Shown piece after piece: positions 1-12,640 of a stretch of 64,000 nucleotides of DNA. The stretch covers positions 277,249-341,248 of the forward strand of contig OZ025748.1 in the NCBI GenBank assembly GCA_964019335.1, read 5' to 3'. Within the stretch, counting starts at the first letter, position 1, and each line of letters begins with the position of its first letter. A program made the position numbers and the translations under genes. A model generated the notes under the pieces. The model was not told the origin of the DNA. It saw only the letters and a program-made list of their open reading frames with translations, and searched no databases. This stretch comes from Diplonema japonicum. Taxonomy: Eukaryota; Protista; Euglenozoa: Diplonemea.

Positions 1-1126
1 TTCCACAAGAGGGGCAAAAGAGAGAAGAAAAAAAAAAAGAAGAAGAAGAAGAAAAAGGGGGGTTTTCTCCCCCACTTATTTTCCCTTTTCCCTCCCCATT
101 ATTTTTTTTAACCCCCCAATTTTTATCCCCACTGTAGCAAAGGAAACAGCAAAGGAACAAGGGAACTAGAGAGGAAGGAAAGAAGGAGCACGGGAAAAAA
201 AAAAAAAAAAAAAAAAAAAAAGGTAAGAAAAAGATGGAAAGGCTGTCCAAAGTTCTTCCTTCCTTTTTTTTCTTTTTTTTTCTCACTTCGATGAAATGGT
301 ATGATGATACCCTTCTTTTTTTTTATTTATTTATTTATTTTTTTTTCTTCTTCTTTTATTTTTTTTTTATTGCTCCTTTTAACAAAAGATTTAATGAAGC
401 AAACAAAGCAAAATGAAAAAAGAAATATAGATCCTTGCTGCCTTTCCCTCCCCACCCCCTTTCTTTTTATATATTTCTTTGAGAATGATTCTGTATCTGG
501 AGGAGAAAAAAGAAAAAGAAAAGAAAAAAGAAGAAAATATAAAAAAAGAAAAGAAGAGAAAAAAAAAAAGAAAAAAAACAAGAAACACCAACGAGACACG
601 TTCAATACTTAGATTATTTATGTTCTTTCTTCTTTCCTGACGCCCATTTCAAAAAAAAAAGAAACTATTGGCACAAAAAGATTTAACCTTGGAAATCTCG
701 ACTCTTTAAGGGAAAGAGAGTATTGAATTTTGATGGCAAATGAAGTGAAGTCTTTTCTGCTATGTCACACATAGTGGTTAAAGACACAATTGTAAATGCA
801 TTTCTCTCCTTTTTTTTTTTTTTTTTTTTAAAGATTAAGTGTCTCAAGGGGGGGGGGGGGGGGGGGGGACAGGAAAAATTTTAAAAAAGAAAAAAAAAAG
901 AAAACCTCCCCCCCTCCCCCCCCATCCCGTCTTGTCACATTTTTTTTTCTCTTTTTTTTCCCCCACCTCCTCCCCCCCTTCCCCGTCCCCCCGACGCGAC
1001 ACACACACACACGCACACACACACACACACACACACGCCGTTTTTTTTTTCTTTTTTCTCCCCCCCTTTTTTTCCCCCCTCCCCATTTCTCCAGCTTCTC
1101 ACTAACGTTATCACGTATCCTACAGA

Positions 1127-3910
1127 ATGCATGACTTTCTTACGCTTCGGGAATGCTTGGCAGCTCTAGAAGAGGAAGACAATCTTTACGAAGCTGAAAA
1201 ACTAAGAAAACACGATCACTGGCGCCAGGCACTAGAGGTAAGACGAAGGCTACGACGACTGGACAACACCAAGGTACGAGAAAGACTGGACAAAATATGG
1301 GCTGAAATGGAAGAGGTGGAACTGGCGGGGATACAAGCCGAGCAAGCCTTCGGGTACTGGGAAAGACTGACACACATCGGACTCGATTGGCTAATTAGGG
1401 ATGCAGCGTCTCGTCTATGCACTCAAATCCCCGAGAACAAATGGCACACTCCAATATCGTTCGGACTGACAATTTTATGCCTACATGATTCAAAAGGGAC
1501 CTCTATAACATACTCTGACTGGTGCAAGGGCATCCGGGTCTGTGGAAACCTTGAACTCTCCGCTCCGCACCCTCTTGATTCTTGCGACGAGAGGTCGCCT
1601 TTCTGCGGACACACAACCACCTCCACAGTAACCGGGGACTGCGTCAACCTCACGGTAGGTTCAAGCGAACTATCAATAAAAAACAGCACCCTCTTCTCGA
1701 ATCTTGACGTATCTCGACATCCTATTCCACAATATCACAAAATACCAGTAGGAGACGAGGGGTTGTTTTTGTACTGTGTGTTGCAAGTCGATGTTAAGTG
1801 GTGGCGGGGGTGGAGGAAACACTGTAAAACAACCTCGTTGCAGCCACGTGAGCAACATGAAAATGCCTTGATGTGGCACGCAGAGGTCACAACCCATCAA
1901 ACCTCCGAGCTCACCCTCATGCACCTCCATGATTACAATGCCATCGATGTTATGCACAACGCACCGATACGACCTTATTTACCAGGGGTCCTGAGAGTTT
2001 CCGGGGCTGCGAAAACTCCCAATGTGTCGGAGCAAACTAATCTAAGAACTCTCCGTCCTGCAGTTGCTATGTCGACAAAAACTAGTATGGCGTATATTTC
2101 AGGCGGGCTCCTACCTGGTTCGGAAGGAAACCCTAGCAATACCGTGACTGAGGTGGATCTTGGGAACTACACCACCCGACAGGTTGCCAACATGCCCTTC
2201 CCCCTCGAGTCGCACACAATGGTATCATACAATGGAAGGGTTTACGTGTATGGCGGTTATGGAAAGCTTTCTTGCGAACCAACCGCGAATCTTCTCGAAG
2301 CTGGTCCTTGCGATAAGGATCCACCGTATATTATACCGGAAGATCCTTCCGAGCAGCCTGATGAGGGGTCCTCCGGTGAGGGGCATTCATTTGGAAGCAG
2401 GGCCTCGTCGATTATGTTACCGCGGTCTCGGCGGAGAAGTATGTCAGGTAGACGGCGATCCAGCATGATAGGGAGAAGGGTCCTCGACTCGTACTCCAAG
2501 CTGTCCAGACGTCTGTCAAGAAGAAAGAAGAGCTTCTCGCGGTACTCACGTGCGTCGTCATCCGCTACTTTGGAGACCGTATCGGATGTCAAATCGACAA
2601 CAAAACCGCCCGCTAAGTACGGGCTGTACTGCAGTGTGTCGGAATGGATGGCGGAGAAATGGGTCACCCTTCCGACCACACGTGACAAGGTGTCTGGCAT
2701 CCCAGTACATCGAAGTGGTCACACCGCCACCATGCGAGGCCATTACATGCTCGTCCTCGGCGGTTGGGGGATGCTCCCTGACAAGCTTGTCATGAAGCGC
2801 ACAAACACCATGTTGTCCCTGTCATTGAAGTCCGGTAGATGGCGTCGGGTTGCTTACGACGAAGACGTTGAATCCCCTCATCCAAGGTCGGACCACACTG
2901 CTGTCATGTATGGTGAGGTGATGTACGTGTACGGAGGGGTGGGGTGCGCGCACACACAAAACAGCGAGTCTGAAACCACCGATGATGACACTCCATGGGG
3001 CAACATGGTGAAGAGTCACCACGACATGGGCACCTGCTCGTCCACTCTCGACGAGTTCTGGCTCTTCGATCCAATGGGCTTCTGGAGCAGGCTTACAAGC
3101 AGAACCGCAACACACCCCCCTCCACTCTCATCACACAGTGCTTGTGTCTACCGAGACTCTATGATACTTGTTGGCGGGCCTGGAATGCCGCACATGTACC
3201 AATGGTCCTTCCCAACAGACACATGGAGGTCCATACACGTTCCTAAGGTGATCCCTTCGTCGGTGTTGGAACGCTGTGGGCATGTAATGTTGCCTGTCGG
3301 GCAGGACACTGGGGTTCTATTGATAGGCGGGGTTGGGGTGGGCAACGGGAAGGTGCCGTCCGGGATGTCTACGAGCTCTTTCGAGTTCAAACCGCATGAG
3401 ACGGAAAGCTTGCGGCCTGAAGACATGTTGCCAGCGGCATTGCTTCTTTTAAAAGAAGGTGCCCCTCTCGATTTCGACTGGAAGGTGTTAAATGAGATGT
3501 ACCCTGTAGGGCTGTGTTGGAAGGAGAACGGGATGAACAGTTCTCCCAAACAGCCGGTGCTATCATTGGAGAAACCATCACCGCCGAAGGCGGTGGCTAT
3601 CATGGACACACAGGTGCAGAGCAAGGTGCAAATCAAACAAAACCAGGTTCAAAACTTAACCCGCCCGAGTCACAGGAGCGAGGGTCAGCTGCCTCGAACT
3701 TCAAGCAAATTGCACCCAGGAAAGTACCGTGCGCGGTCGCAGGCACAGTCGGTGTTTGATCGGCTCACCGTAGACCAGTACACTTATAATCCTGTGGAGA
3801 AAATAAGCAGTCCGAGAAGAAAAAGTCGGGGCAATAAATACGAGGCTTCTTCAATGTTGCGCAGAAAATTGCTGGAGCGGTTGAATACCTATTCAGGGGG
3901 TGTCGACTAG
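1127..3910 (+). CDS. Kelch-repeat (beta-propeller) protein
   Basis: 927-aa ORF with Kelch motifs: SHTMVSYNGRVYVYGG, RSGHTATMRGHYMLVLGG, PRSDHTAVMYGEVMYVYGG, SHSACVYRDSMILVGG, RCGHVM..VLLIGG. An ACTAAC...TACAG acceptor lies just upstream of the ATG. Confidence 0.8.
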   Translation: MHDFLTLRECLAALEEEDNLYEAEKLRKHDHWRQALEVRRRLRRLDNTKVRERLDKIWAEMEEVELAGIQAEQAFGYWERLTHIGLDWLIRDAASRLCTQIPENKWHTPISFGLTILCLHDSKGTSITYSDWCKGIRVCGNLELSAPHPLDSCDERSPFCGHTTTSTVTGDCVNLTVGSSELSIKNSTLFSNLDVSRHPIPQYHKIPVGDEGLFLYCVLQVDVKWWRGWRKHCKTTSLQPREQHENALMWHAEVTTHQTSELTLMHLHDYNAIDVMHNAPIRPYLPGVLRVSGAAKTPNVSEQTNLRTLRPAVAMSTKTSMAYISGGLLPGSEGNPSNTVTEVDLGNYTTRQVANMPFPLESHTMVSYNGRVYVYGGYGKLSCEPTANLLEAGPCDKDPPYIIPEDPSEQPDEGSSGEGHSFGSRASSIMLPRSRRRSMSGRRRSSMIGRRVLDSYSKLSRRLSRRKKSFSRYSRASSSATLETVSDVKSTTKPPAKYGLYCSVSEWMAEKWVTLPTTRDKVSGIPVHRSGHTATMRGHYMLVLGGWGMLPDKLVMKRTNTMLSLSLKSGRWRRVAYDEDVESPHPRSDHTAVMYGEVMYVYGGVGCAHTQNSESETTDDDTPWGNMVKSHHDMGTCSSTLDEFWLFDPMGFWSRLTSRTATHPPPLSSHSACVYRDSMILVGGPGMPHMYQWSFPTDTWRSIHVPKVIPSSVLERCGHVMLPVGQDTGVLLIGGVGVGNGKVPSGMSTSSFEFKPHETESLRPEDMLPAALLLLKEGAPLDFDWKVLNEMYPVGLCWKENGMNSSPKQPVLSLEKPSPPKAVAIMDTQVQSKVQIKQNQVQNLTRPSHRSEGQLPRTSSKLHPGKYRARSQAQSVFDRLTVDQYTYNPVEKISSPRRKSRGNKYEASSMLRRKLLERLNTYSGGVD

Positions 3911-4236
3911 GCTTTTTTTTAAAAAAAAAATCTTCATTTACACAATTTTTCCCCCCCCCCAGTAAATCTTTTTTCTCGTTAAAAAAAAAAAACTACAACA
4001 CTTGTTATTGTTGCAGCGTTATGCGTTACAAAAAAAATATAAATTTCCCCCTTCTTTTTTTTTTTCAGTATTTGTTTTTTTTTAAGCCCCCCCCAAGTCA
4101 CATCAATGATTGAATGATACTTGTCATCAATCATTCAAGTAATGAATAAGAAAACAAAAAAGGGGGAAGGGAGTGAAGAAGAGGTGGGCCGCTAACCCAA
4201 CGAGCCTTCTGGCCGTAAAGTAGGGGCCGGTACCAC

Positions 4237-7200
4237 ATGCAATCTTCTAATGGCAGCAACTGCTACGTGGAATGGAGAGCGGGGGACCTGGACGTGATGC
4301 GTGTCGACGAGGAGAAAACCCGGCTCAGGAAGAAACAGCTGGAGGAGAAACAACTAGCGAAGGTACCAACTACAACAAAAAAAGAAGAAGGGAAAAAAAA
4401 AAAAAAAAAAAAAAGGAACAACTGTTGAAAGGGAAATCAGAGTCATTCCGCGCGCAGTTCAAGAATCAGATTGCCAACATGGGTGAGGAAGTATGATGAG
4501 ATATCTTTACAAAGAAAAAAAAAAAAAAAAAAAAAAAAAACCAGGACCCGCAAGTCTGGTCAAGCAACCTCAGCATAGTATGCGGGGATGTGGCTACTTT
4601 AGTGGAGCGACGCCGCAGCGTGACTGTGCTGGTGTACGGTCATGAGAAGTCGGGGAAGAGCCGCACTGCGGACAAAGTAGTAGCTTCAACACTGCACTTG
4701 CTGCAGCAGGTAATCGACTCAGCAGCAAACCACCACGAGAGAAAGCTGTCCAACCTCGAGAAGGAAAAACGAAAAAAAGAACTGGAAGAAGAGCTGCGGC
4801 TGCAACAGGAACGAGAGGATGCAGAAGCTGCGAAGGAAGCGCAGATCGCCGCCGGAACCGCAGTGGCTGCCGCTCGCGGAATGAACTCCGCGAGGAAATC
4901 AAAAGTAGTCCTTCCTCCGCCTACTCCGGGCGATACAGCCAAGAAGTCCTTGAGCCCTACTGCAAGCAGCAAACGCGGCTCAGGCAAAAGAGTGAGCCTA
5001 ATGAAACGGCAGTCTATCTCCGCAGAAGTTTCTAACAAGATGCACGGCATCCTCCCCCCACCCGTCCTTGACAAAATCGACTTGAGTAAAGGGTTGGGTT
5101 CACGTACAACGACGCCGAACAATTTCACAGCGGAGCCGGCATTCGTCCCCTTCGAGACCCTCCCCGAGTCCGTGAAGCTTCCCCCCATCACACATGACGC
5201 CACACCGAAATCGCAACAGCGCGCCTCGAAAAGACTCACCCGCACCAAAGTGGACGGGGATGACACCGCGAGAAAACGAAGAAGCTCCATAGGAATGACC
5301 AGCTTAAGGTACTTTTGTTTGTTTTTTTTTTTTTTATTATTATAACACCCACCCCAGCCGGAACGGTTTGAAGGGCGTCATCACAGGGCTGAGCTTTGAC
5401 AGGGTGAGCACGCACGTGAAGCTCCCCCCGCTTGTGAAGCTGCCACAGTGGGTATGGTGCTTTTTCTTTACATTTGTTTCCAACCCTCTTAGGTACAATG
5501 CTCTGAAATCGAGTTCTGGGTGCGCAGCAGGGAGAAGGACCACCAGATGACGGTGGTGTGGGTGGGGGATGGGAACGCAGCGTCGCTGATCAAAATCAGT
5601 CTGAACACTGACGAGAACATGGAGCACTGCGAAGGGGTGCTGCTCTTCATGTTGCGGGACCAGTACAGCAGTACGTACATCGCCACCTGCGGAACAGAAG
5701 ACCTCTGCAACGACAAGTGGCACCACGTGAGCTTCAGAATCGTGAACCCAGCAGAAAACATCATCACACTCACTGTTGACAACAGAACGGTGCGAATGAG
5801 TATCAAAACAGCGGAGAATCCAAAAGACTTCGGCGACTGGACACAAAACGGTCTCGTTGGCGGTGAATACGTAGGTCGGTCCAAGGTCGACCACTTCTTA
5901 AAAGGTGAAATTCTTGACTTGAAGTTCTGGTCTTTCGAGGGCACCGACGACGGCCCCGCTACCTTGCAGGCTCACTACTCCTTCACGGACTCAGACGCCA
6001 CCACCGGCACGCTCACAGACCTCACAGGAGGACAAGGCGCGGAGGTTTTCTTCCCCGAATGGGGCATGATAGAGTTCCCCGAAACATGTCTGCACTTCAA
6101 TGGTGCTTTCACGCATATCAACACGGGGACGCTGGGCGACTTTGGCCAGCTCATGGGTTCTTGCCGTGTGGAATTTTGGCTGCGATCAGGCTGTACAGAC
6201 CGGTCAATGGCCGTGCTCAGAGTCACAGACACATCACATAAACACGCTGTAATCGGTGTAGAGCTGAATAAAGGAGCAGACGGGAACTTCCGCCGCGGTT
6301 GCACCTGCTTCACTATCAGAGACACGCAAGGGAAGGAGCTCGTGGCAGTGCAGACGATAACTGATCTCTGTGACGGGAAGTGGCACCAGGTGACGTGGGA
6401 CGTGGTGTGCTCCGAAAACGTAATGAGCGTCAAGATAGACAAGTTCGACGTGTCCCTGGACTACAGCAAAGCGGAGCAGCCCAGCAGCTTCTGTTCCCTC
6501 ACGCAGTGGGTGCCAATAGGCGCACACAACCACAGGGGCACGCTTCAGGACCACTTTGAAGGTTATCTCAAAGAAGTGAAAATATGCGGCGGTGGCGTGG
6601 GCAGCATCCAACAGGTGGTGGCACAGTGGCAGCTGGACGAAGGGGTCGGCGCCACCGTCGTTATGGACAAGACGGGGAACGGGAACAACGGTATCATCTA
6701 CGACAGAAATATGAAGAAGAAATCCAGCAGGTGGTACTCCGTGAAGCAACCTGAAGGGCTCGTCCTGGCAGTACCGATGCTGGGGTCCCCGCGCGCCAAC
6801 ATTAATCTGGAACACAGCTGCAACGAAGTCCAAATATCAGCAGTGCACATCATCCCCACCGCAAGCGAGCCGGGTCTTTACACCGAGACGATCATAGATC
6901 TCATTGACGGTGGAAACGACTTGAAGCTGGAAGACAGCACCGCGAACCCATACGGGAGGGGGGTCCATCCTCAGAAGCTCATGAAGTACGTCGCAAAGCA
7001 CACTTTCAAAGCAGTGCAGTCTTGCGCGCATGCCCAACAGCTGGTAGAGCAAGCCAACAAACACACAGACCCAAAAAGCCTGGGAACGCGAATCTTCACA
7101 TTGCTGATCGGCGAGGGACGGCTCACGGTCGTGGACCTGGCGAGCTTCTCACAGAAAACACGCAGCGTGTGGGATTCAACGCTCGAGGATTGGGTGGAAC

Positions 7201-9623
7201 CCAAGACTCTGATTTCTCAAGATGACAAGGCCGTCAATTTCTGCAACAAAAAGGCAAGCGCGACAGAGCGCACCATCATGAAATTCGGCAAATCGCCCGC
7301 GCTGTTCAGAAGGTCCAAGGCAGGCATGGAAACGGTCGACTTCTCGGAGACGTTGACGACGCAACTACTGCAGTACTCCCTCTTGCGTGACATGGAGTCC
7401 TTCCTGACCTTTGTACACATGTTGAAGGACACCCCGACCGCAGCGGAACAGAAGTGCACCGAGTGGTTCGTCAAAGGATTTTGCGGCGCAACGCAGTCTT
7501 TTGCGTGTGGTGTGGTTCAGAAAGCTGTGAGGGTGTTCCTGGCGAAGAAAAAGATCAGCGCCATCAAGCAGTCCAAGGAGGAGAACGAGGAAGGTCGAAG
7601 GCGCATCATAAAACTGCAAGAGGCGCACCCCGAACTGCTCTGCGTGAGAGACAGCAAGATCGTGTTGCTTGTGGACGTGACGAGACTGCAGGACGAGAGG
7701 ATGCCCCACTTACACAGCGCAGGGCAGAGGTGTAAGGAGCTAGAGGACAACTATGCAAGGCAAGGGTGGGAAGTGCGTGTCCTGGCCAAGGCCGACGCTT
7801 CCCTCCGGAGCATCATTGACAACGTGGGCTTGCTGCAAGGCTACCTGGGAACCTCCTTCATCATGGTGCACTACGTAGGCTACGCGGCTTACAGCGCGCC
7901 CTACCACAAGTGGATGGAAAGAAGTGAGCTACACGAGTTGACGAAAACCGCAGAAGAAGCAGCACGAGAAGAAGTCATGCAGACAGAGGCCCGCACACGC
8001 ACTGCCATGCAGCACGGAATGGCCGACGAAGAAGAGGAGACACGAGCAGCCGAAGCCATTCGTATTTCAGAAGACAAGGAACTCCGTAAAGAAATGCGGC
8101 GGAAGGAATTGGAAGCGAAGATGGAGGCCAAGCGGGCCTCCCAGCAGAAGAGCAGCGGCTGGGTCATGTCGACGAAGGTGGAACCGAAACACTCCGAGAA
8201 GGCGAAGTCACAACAGCAGCAAGACAACAAATGGGAGATCGAGGAGGCTAGGAGGATGAAGACACCCCTGCCTTTTGAACCCTCGCCCACACCAATAATG
8301 GAACCCCTGCCTGACGAGGTTCAGTGGTCGCCCGAGGAGCATCAGTTCCTCACAGCCTATGACACACCTGTAGAGTACTCCAGCAGCAACACTCTCCCTT
8401 TCAGCGCATTACGAGAGTGTCTTCTGAAAGAAGAACTGGGCAAACATGTCATCATTGCGGCAGAGTGCTACCCAGCCCCGAATACAACATCCCCTGCTTG
8501 GGCGTGGCTCGGCGCTTCTACAGGAGAAGTGCAGGAGTGGACGGGTAAAGGCGCACCCGAATATCTAGGGTATTATTTAAACAAAGCACTATGTGGGGGA
8601 GGGGCTTTGGATGTGACCGGGTTGTGCAAGTCTGAGGAGAGAAAGAAGAGGGAAGAAGATGTTCGCAAACTACACGAAAGTGAGGTGGAAGCCGCGCTGA
8701 GCGCCGGGAGGCCTGTCCCCATCGACAGCTTTTCAAAGGAGGGTGTAGCATGGCCGGGGTTCGCAAAGTATATCTCAAGCGGAATGCGAAAGAGGGACAT
8801 CACAAGTAGCAACACGGTGGAGGGCAGCACCTACGTAGGCGACATGCTGATCGCAGACAAAAACATGAGAACGCTGCGATCGATTCCGCAGAGACGGCAG
8901 GCGAAGGAGAAACAGGCGGCGGCCATAGCAACAGCATACATCAGCTTGAATACTACTTTGCCGGAGCTTTCAAACGACGAAATACCCGACATGATAGCTG
9001 ACAGGATGAATGAGGTCCAAGGTATAAGGCAGCGTGTGGCACACAGACCAGTGCATAGAAAACTCGTAATCGTCTTGCGGTTCAACGGTGACATCGTCAA
9101 AGCAGGGCTTCCATGGTGCAGCACGCTAGACTGGGAGGACTACGTCGCTGAGCTCACAGGAGGAAAGCAGAAGATGTCATACATAGTCCAATGTGAGGAC
9201 AAAGGCTCGTTTTCGCTGCACATCACCCTCCACGAGGACGAACATGCTATAGTGACAAGCATCGCAACGAAGTTTCGTGCAAAGCTCGGCCTGGAGTTTC
9301 GCCCTGCCCAGCTCAGCAACGAGGTTGTCTTGACCCCCTGTGCTGCTGGGCTTCTGTACTGCACAGGGATCGCCTGTTCCTTGTACTCCATCATGGCTGT
9401 GAAAAAAGCGTTTTTATCAGGAAGCCAGTCAGATGAAGAGTTCCGATTGGTGATTTTCGACATTGCTTCGCAAGATGAGCATGTTCACATGAACGACGAG
9501 CGCAAGACTATTCTCCAGAAGCGTAAGCAGGAGGTGGCAAGGCTGCGCGAGGAGAACATGACCGAGGACGAGAAAAGAAAGCGACAGGTAGAGGAAACAC
9601 GGAAAAGCTTACGCTCCATGTGA
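4237..9623 (+). CDS. ~1729-aa multidomain protein: degenerate kinesin motor interrupted by LamG/ConA-like domains, then an IQ-like motif and a caspase-like fold; 5 exons
   Basis: Exons 4237-4362, 4416-4490, 4545-5308, 5358-5451 and 5493-9623 join in frame via GT-AG introns 4363-4415, 4491-4544, 5309-5357 and 5452-5492. Motifs: VTVLVYGHEKSGKS, YTETIIDLI, RLTVVDLAS, FSETLTTQLLQYSL, LamG-like DLCNDKWHHV/DLCDGKWHQV, VVQKAVRVFLAKK, IMVHYVGY and VIIAAEC. Confidence 0.7.
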
Positions 9624-9781
9624 AAAAAAAAAAAAAAGAAGAAGAAAAAAAAAGATTTTTTTTGTTTTGTTTTCTTCTTTCTCATCTGTTTATATTACCT
9701 CTCTTTATACCTCTCTTTTTCTTTTTCTTCTTTTTATAAACTATCCAAACAAACCCCCCCCCCCCCCCCCCCCCCAGGGGC

Positions 9782-10684
9782 ATGGACCTACCTGTAGATG
9801 TCGTGAAGCACATTCTGCAGTACCTGCCCCTAATCGAAATAGGGAGGGCTGGGGGCGTTGCTAAAGTCTGGTTTCGGGCGTCTCGTGAGCCGGGTTTTTG
9901 GAAGGTTCTTTCGCTCAGGAACAAGTGGGTGAACCGTGACAAAAGAGTTCTGTTCGATTACAAGCGGTACTACGGGGTGGCGAGGCTGAGGGCAGCAGAG
10001 GTGGTCGAACTGAAACCATCTTTGAAGAGCAAGGCCGATGCCACACTGCTAAAGTCCATCACAGGGGCTTGCCCCAACGTCACCGAGCTCTGCATCACTG
10101 GCTGCATACACGTTTCGGATTCGGTGTTGGTGTCTTTCCTATCATCAACATCAAACTTATCCACGTTAAAAGCGGGAAGTTGCTGGAAAACAGCCGATCT
10201 AAAGATGCATCACTTCTCTTCTACAACTCTCCTTCGCGCCTTGCCAGGCGTACCGCTGCTCTCAAGGTTGGACATCTCAGGTTGGGGAATCACTGATGTG
10301 GGCGTCCAGACCATCGTCAACAATTGTAAAGGGCTGAGGGCGCTATCGATTGAAGGCTGTGTTCTTCTCACGCCCTGGGCTTTCACTATCCTCTCGGATT
10401 CTGTCTTTTTGTCCTTCTTAGATATTTCGCGTGTATTCCTAACCTCGGAGCACTGGGTGTCTCTCAGCACCTCCCCGCCCCCCCGTCTCTCCACCTTGCT
10501 GGCAGCTCACTGCGTGGCACACAAACCATCGTTCCTTAAACTGTCCTCGCTCGGTGTGACTATTCACATTCCCAATGCGACGAGCAATCGCACAATGCTC
10601 CAGAAGATAGCCGGCAAGAACCCACTGATCTCAACCTGCCCCCAGCAGGCCGAGGCTGCCCTTGACGCCTGTTTCCAGTATTAA
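9782..10684 (+). CDS. F-box/LRR-repeat protein
   Basis: N-terminal F-box DLPVDVVKHILQYLP..VAKVW; Cys-containing LRRs (CPNVTELCITGC, LSRLDISG, CKGLRALSIEGC). Confidence 0.85.
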   Translation: MDLPVDVVKHILQYLPLIEIGRAGGVAKVWFRASREPGFWKVLSLRNKWVNRDKRVLFDYKRYYGVARLRAAEVVELKPSLKSKADATLLKSITGACPNVTELCITGCIHVSDSVLVSFLSSTSNLSTLKAGSCWKTADLKMHHFSSTTLLRALPGVPLLSRLDISGWGITDVGVQTIVNNCKGLRALSIEGCVLLTPWAFTILSDSVFLSFLDISRVFLTSEHWVSLSTSPPPRLSTLLAAHCVAHKPSFLKLSSLGVTIHIPNATSNRTMLQKIAGKNPLISTCPQQAEAALDACFQY

Positions 10685-10812
10685 GGGCGTGAGCGGACGT
10701 TTAACATCTCTCTTTCGTGTGCTTTCTTCCCCTCCCCTTGCCCCTCCTCTTAAAATAGTTTAGCAAAGGTAGCAAATAGCTTTTCCTCTTTCGGAAAAGA
10801 ACAAAAACAAAA

Positions 10813-11394
10813 ATGGGAGCCGACATGTCAACGATGATCATCACGTGCAACAAGAAGGCATACCTCGATGCACCTGCTTCGTGGGCCTACGCGCAGATGA
10901 GCGACGCGCGGGTGTGGTTCGCTGCCTACTCGGAGCACGACGACAGCCCTGTGGTGAACCTGCACGGCCCGACCATCAAAGCAGGGTGTGAGTTCGATGC
11001 GGTGAAGAAGGTGAAGGTTCAGCAGCAGAAGACGAGCGGGAACTACAGAACAACGTGGATGGAGATGAGGGATGTTTCGGTGGAGCTGAAGCTGGAAGAG
11101 GCAACACCGGACTCCTACGTGAAGTTCTGGGGGAAGGAAACCTGGGTCGACTCCGACAGCAAGGTGGGCGACCCTTATGTTCTTGAGTTCAGGATCAACC
11201 CCTTGTCCCCAAGCACGTGCGAAGTCGAGGCCACTATGATATTTTCCAACTCCAGTGCCTGCCTCATCCCGTGTGTCCTGCTCTGCGGGAGTTGCATCAA
11301 AAGTGCCGCTCAGGGGAAGATGGGCGGGGCTCAGATCAAATTGAAGAAGATCCTTGACGGTAAGATGAAAAAGGGAGGTCAGGGCATGCGCTAG
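10813..11394 (+). CDS. Putative SRPBCC/START-like fold protein, copy 1
   Basis: 193-aa ORF with an A-rich start context and an SRPBCC-like layout (beta strands, C-terminal helix ending QIKLKKILD). A near-identical copy lies at 22081. Confidence 0.55.
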   Translation: MGADMSTMIITCNKKAYLDAPASWAYAQMSDARVWFAAYSEHDDSPVVNLHGPTIKAGCEFDAVKKVKVQQQKTSGNYRTTWMEMRDVSVELKLEEATPDSYVKFWGKETWVDSDSKVGDPYVLEFRINPLSPSTCEVEATMIFSNSSACLIPCVLLCGSCIKSAAQGKMGGAQIKLKKILDGKMKKGGQGMR

Positions 11395-12640
11395 AAAATT
11401 ATCTTTTTTCCCGCTTTTAACAGCCACGTCAGGCACCAGACAGCAACCGCTGAACGGTGACCGATTAGTGTGGATTTCTTCTTGAACAGTGAGCACCCCC
11501 ATGCACACTGTAACTTTATCGATTTTTCTTTTTTTTTTTACTTACCCTTTCAACGTTTTTCAAAAAAAAAAAAAAAAAAAAGAATTGATTTCACCGAAAA
11601 TGAAAACTTTTTTTTTTGCCTCGATCGCAAGCTTATGGAGAGAACCATTGGCTCACACTGGTCGTCTCTCCGACTGGTCCCCCCCCTATCAAATCTTTCG
11701 TAGAATCCCCACGCCCCCTACCCAGTTTGTTGTGTGAGTGAGGCCATGCCCCCACAATATTCTCCCAACGAACGGAAGAAATAGCGGACGAATGAAATAT
11801 TATTTACCTTTTAGAAATTCATACATGTGCCCACGGGCACTTACACCAAATGGGCTCTTCCCAGTGGGTGTATGGAAAGACCTTTTTATTTCCCGCTTTT
11901 TTTTTTTTTTTTCTTTTTTTTTTTTCCACCTCCCTTTTTAATTACTTTGCCAAAAAAAAAAAATGGATATTTTAAAATTTTTATATTGGGAGAAAAAGTA
12001 CCCCCCTAAGTGCTGTGAATTGCTCAAGATCACCCCCCCCCCCCCCCCTTTGGTTCTTGATATTGTTCAACGATCTATCTGTGCCCTCCCACTTCTTCAG
12101 TTGGAATGTGGAAGCATCTTGTTCTGAGCACCACATCGGCCTTAAGACTTAAGTGCTGGTCGCGCCTCTCCCAAATAATAAGAAAGAAGAATTTTTTTTT
12201 TTAAAAAAAAGAAGAGGAAAAGAAAGTTTTATCTCATATTTGGTTGTGTTTGTTGCTTTCTTACTCCAGCTTCTCTAGCCTCAATCTTGTGTATTTTTTT
12301 TTGCTTTTTTTTTGTCTTTCTTACGCAGAATTATTCGTCCCTTCAATGTGCAGGAGAGTCTCGCCCTTCTTTCCTTTCCTTTCCTTTCCTTTTATAGGTC
12401 TCTATCTCCCTCTTATTTTCTTCTTATTTTTTTCGGCAACACGAGTGCGGCGTCGCTCTTGGCGCTCCGCCTGCCATGAGGTTCGAAGGAACTACCTGAA
12501 CTGAACCCAACTAGGCGCTGATCGGACACCACGCACACTGCAGTGGGCTGTTGCTGACACTTCTCCCCATCATTCGAATATTTCTTTTTTTTGTTTTACT
12601 GCTGCCACACCCTTTATTGAAGGATTTCCTTAGTAGTCAA

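Noticed and set aside
1-1105. Poly-Phe/Lys/Pro ORFs in intergenic DNA (also 21.8-24.5 kb, 35.5-35.9 kb, 58.7-60 kb)
   Set aside because: Translations of homopolymer tracts and (CA)n repeats.
12447-12560. tRNA-like element around GGTTCGAA
   Set aside because: No cloverleaf or A-box could be built and the B-box is incomplete.
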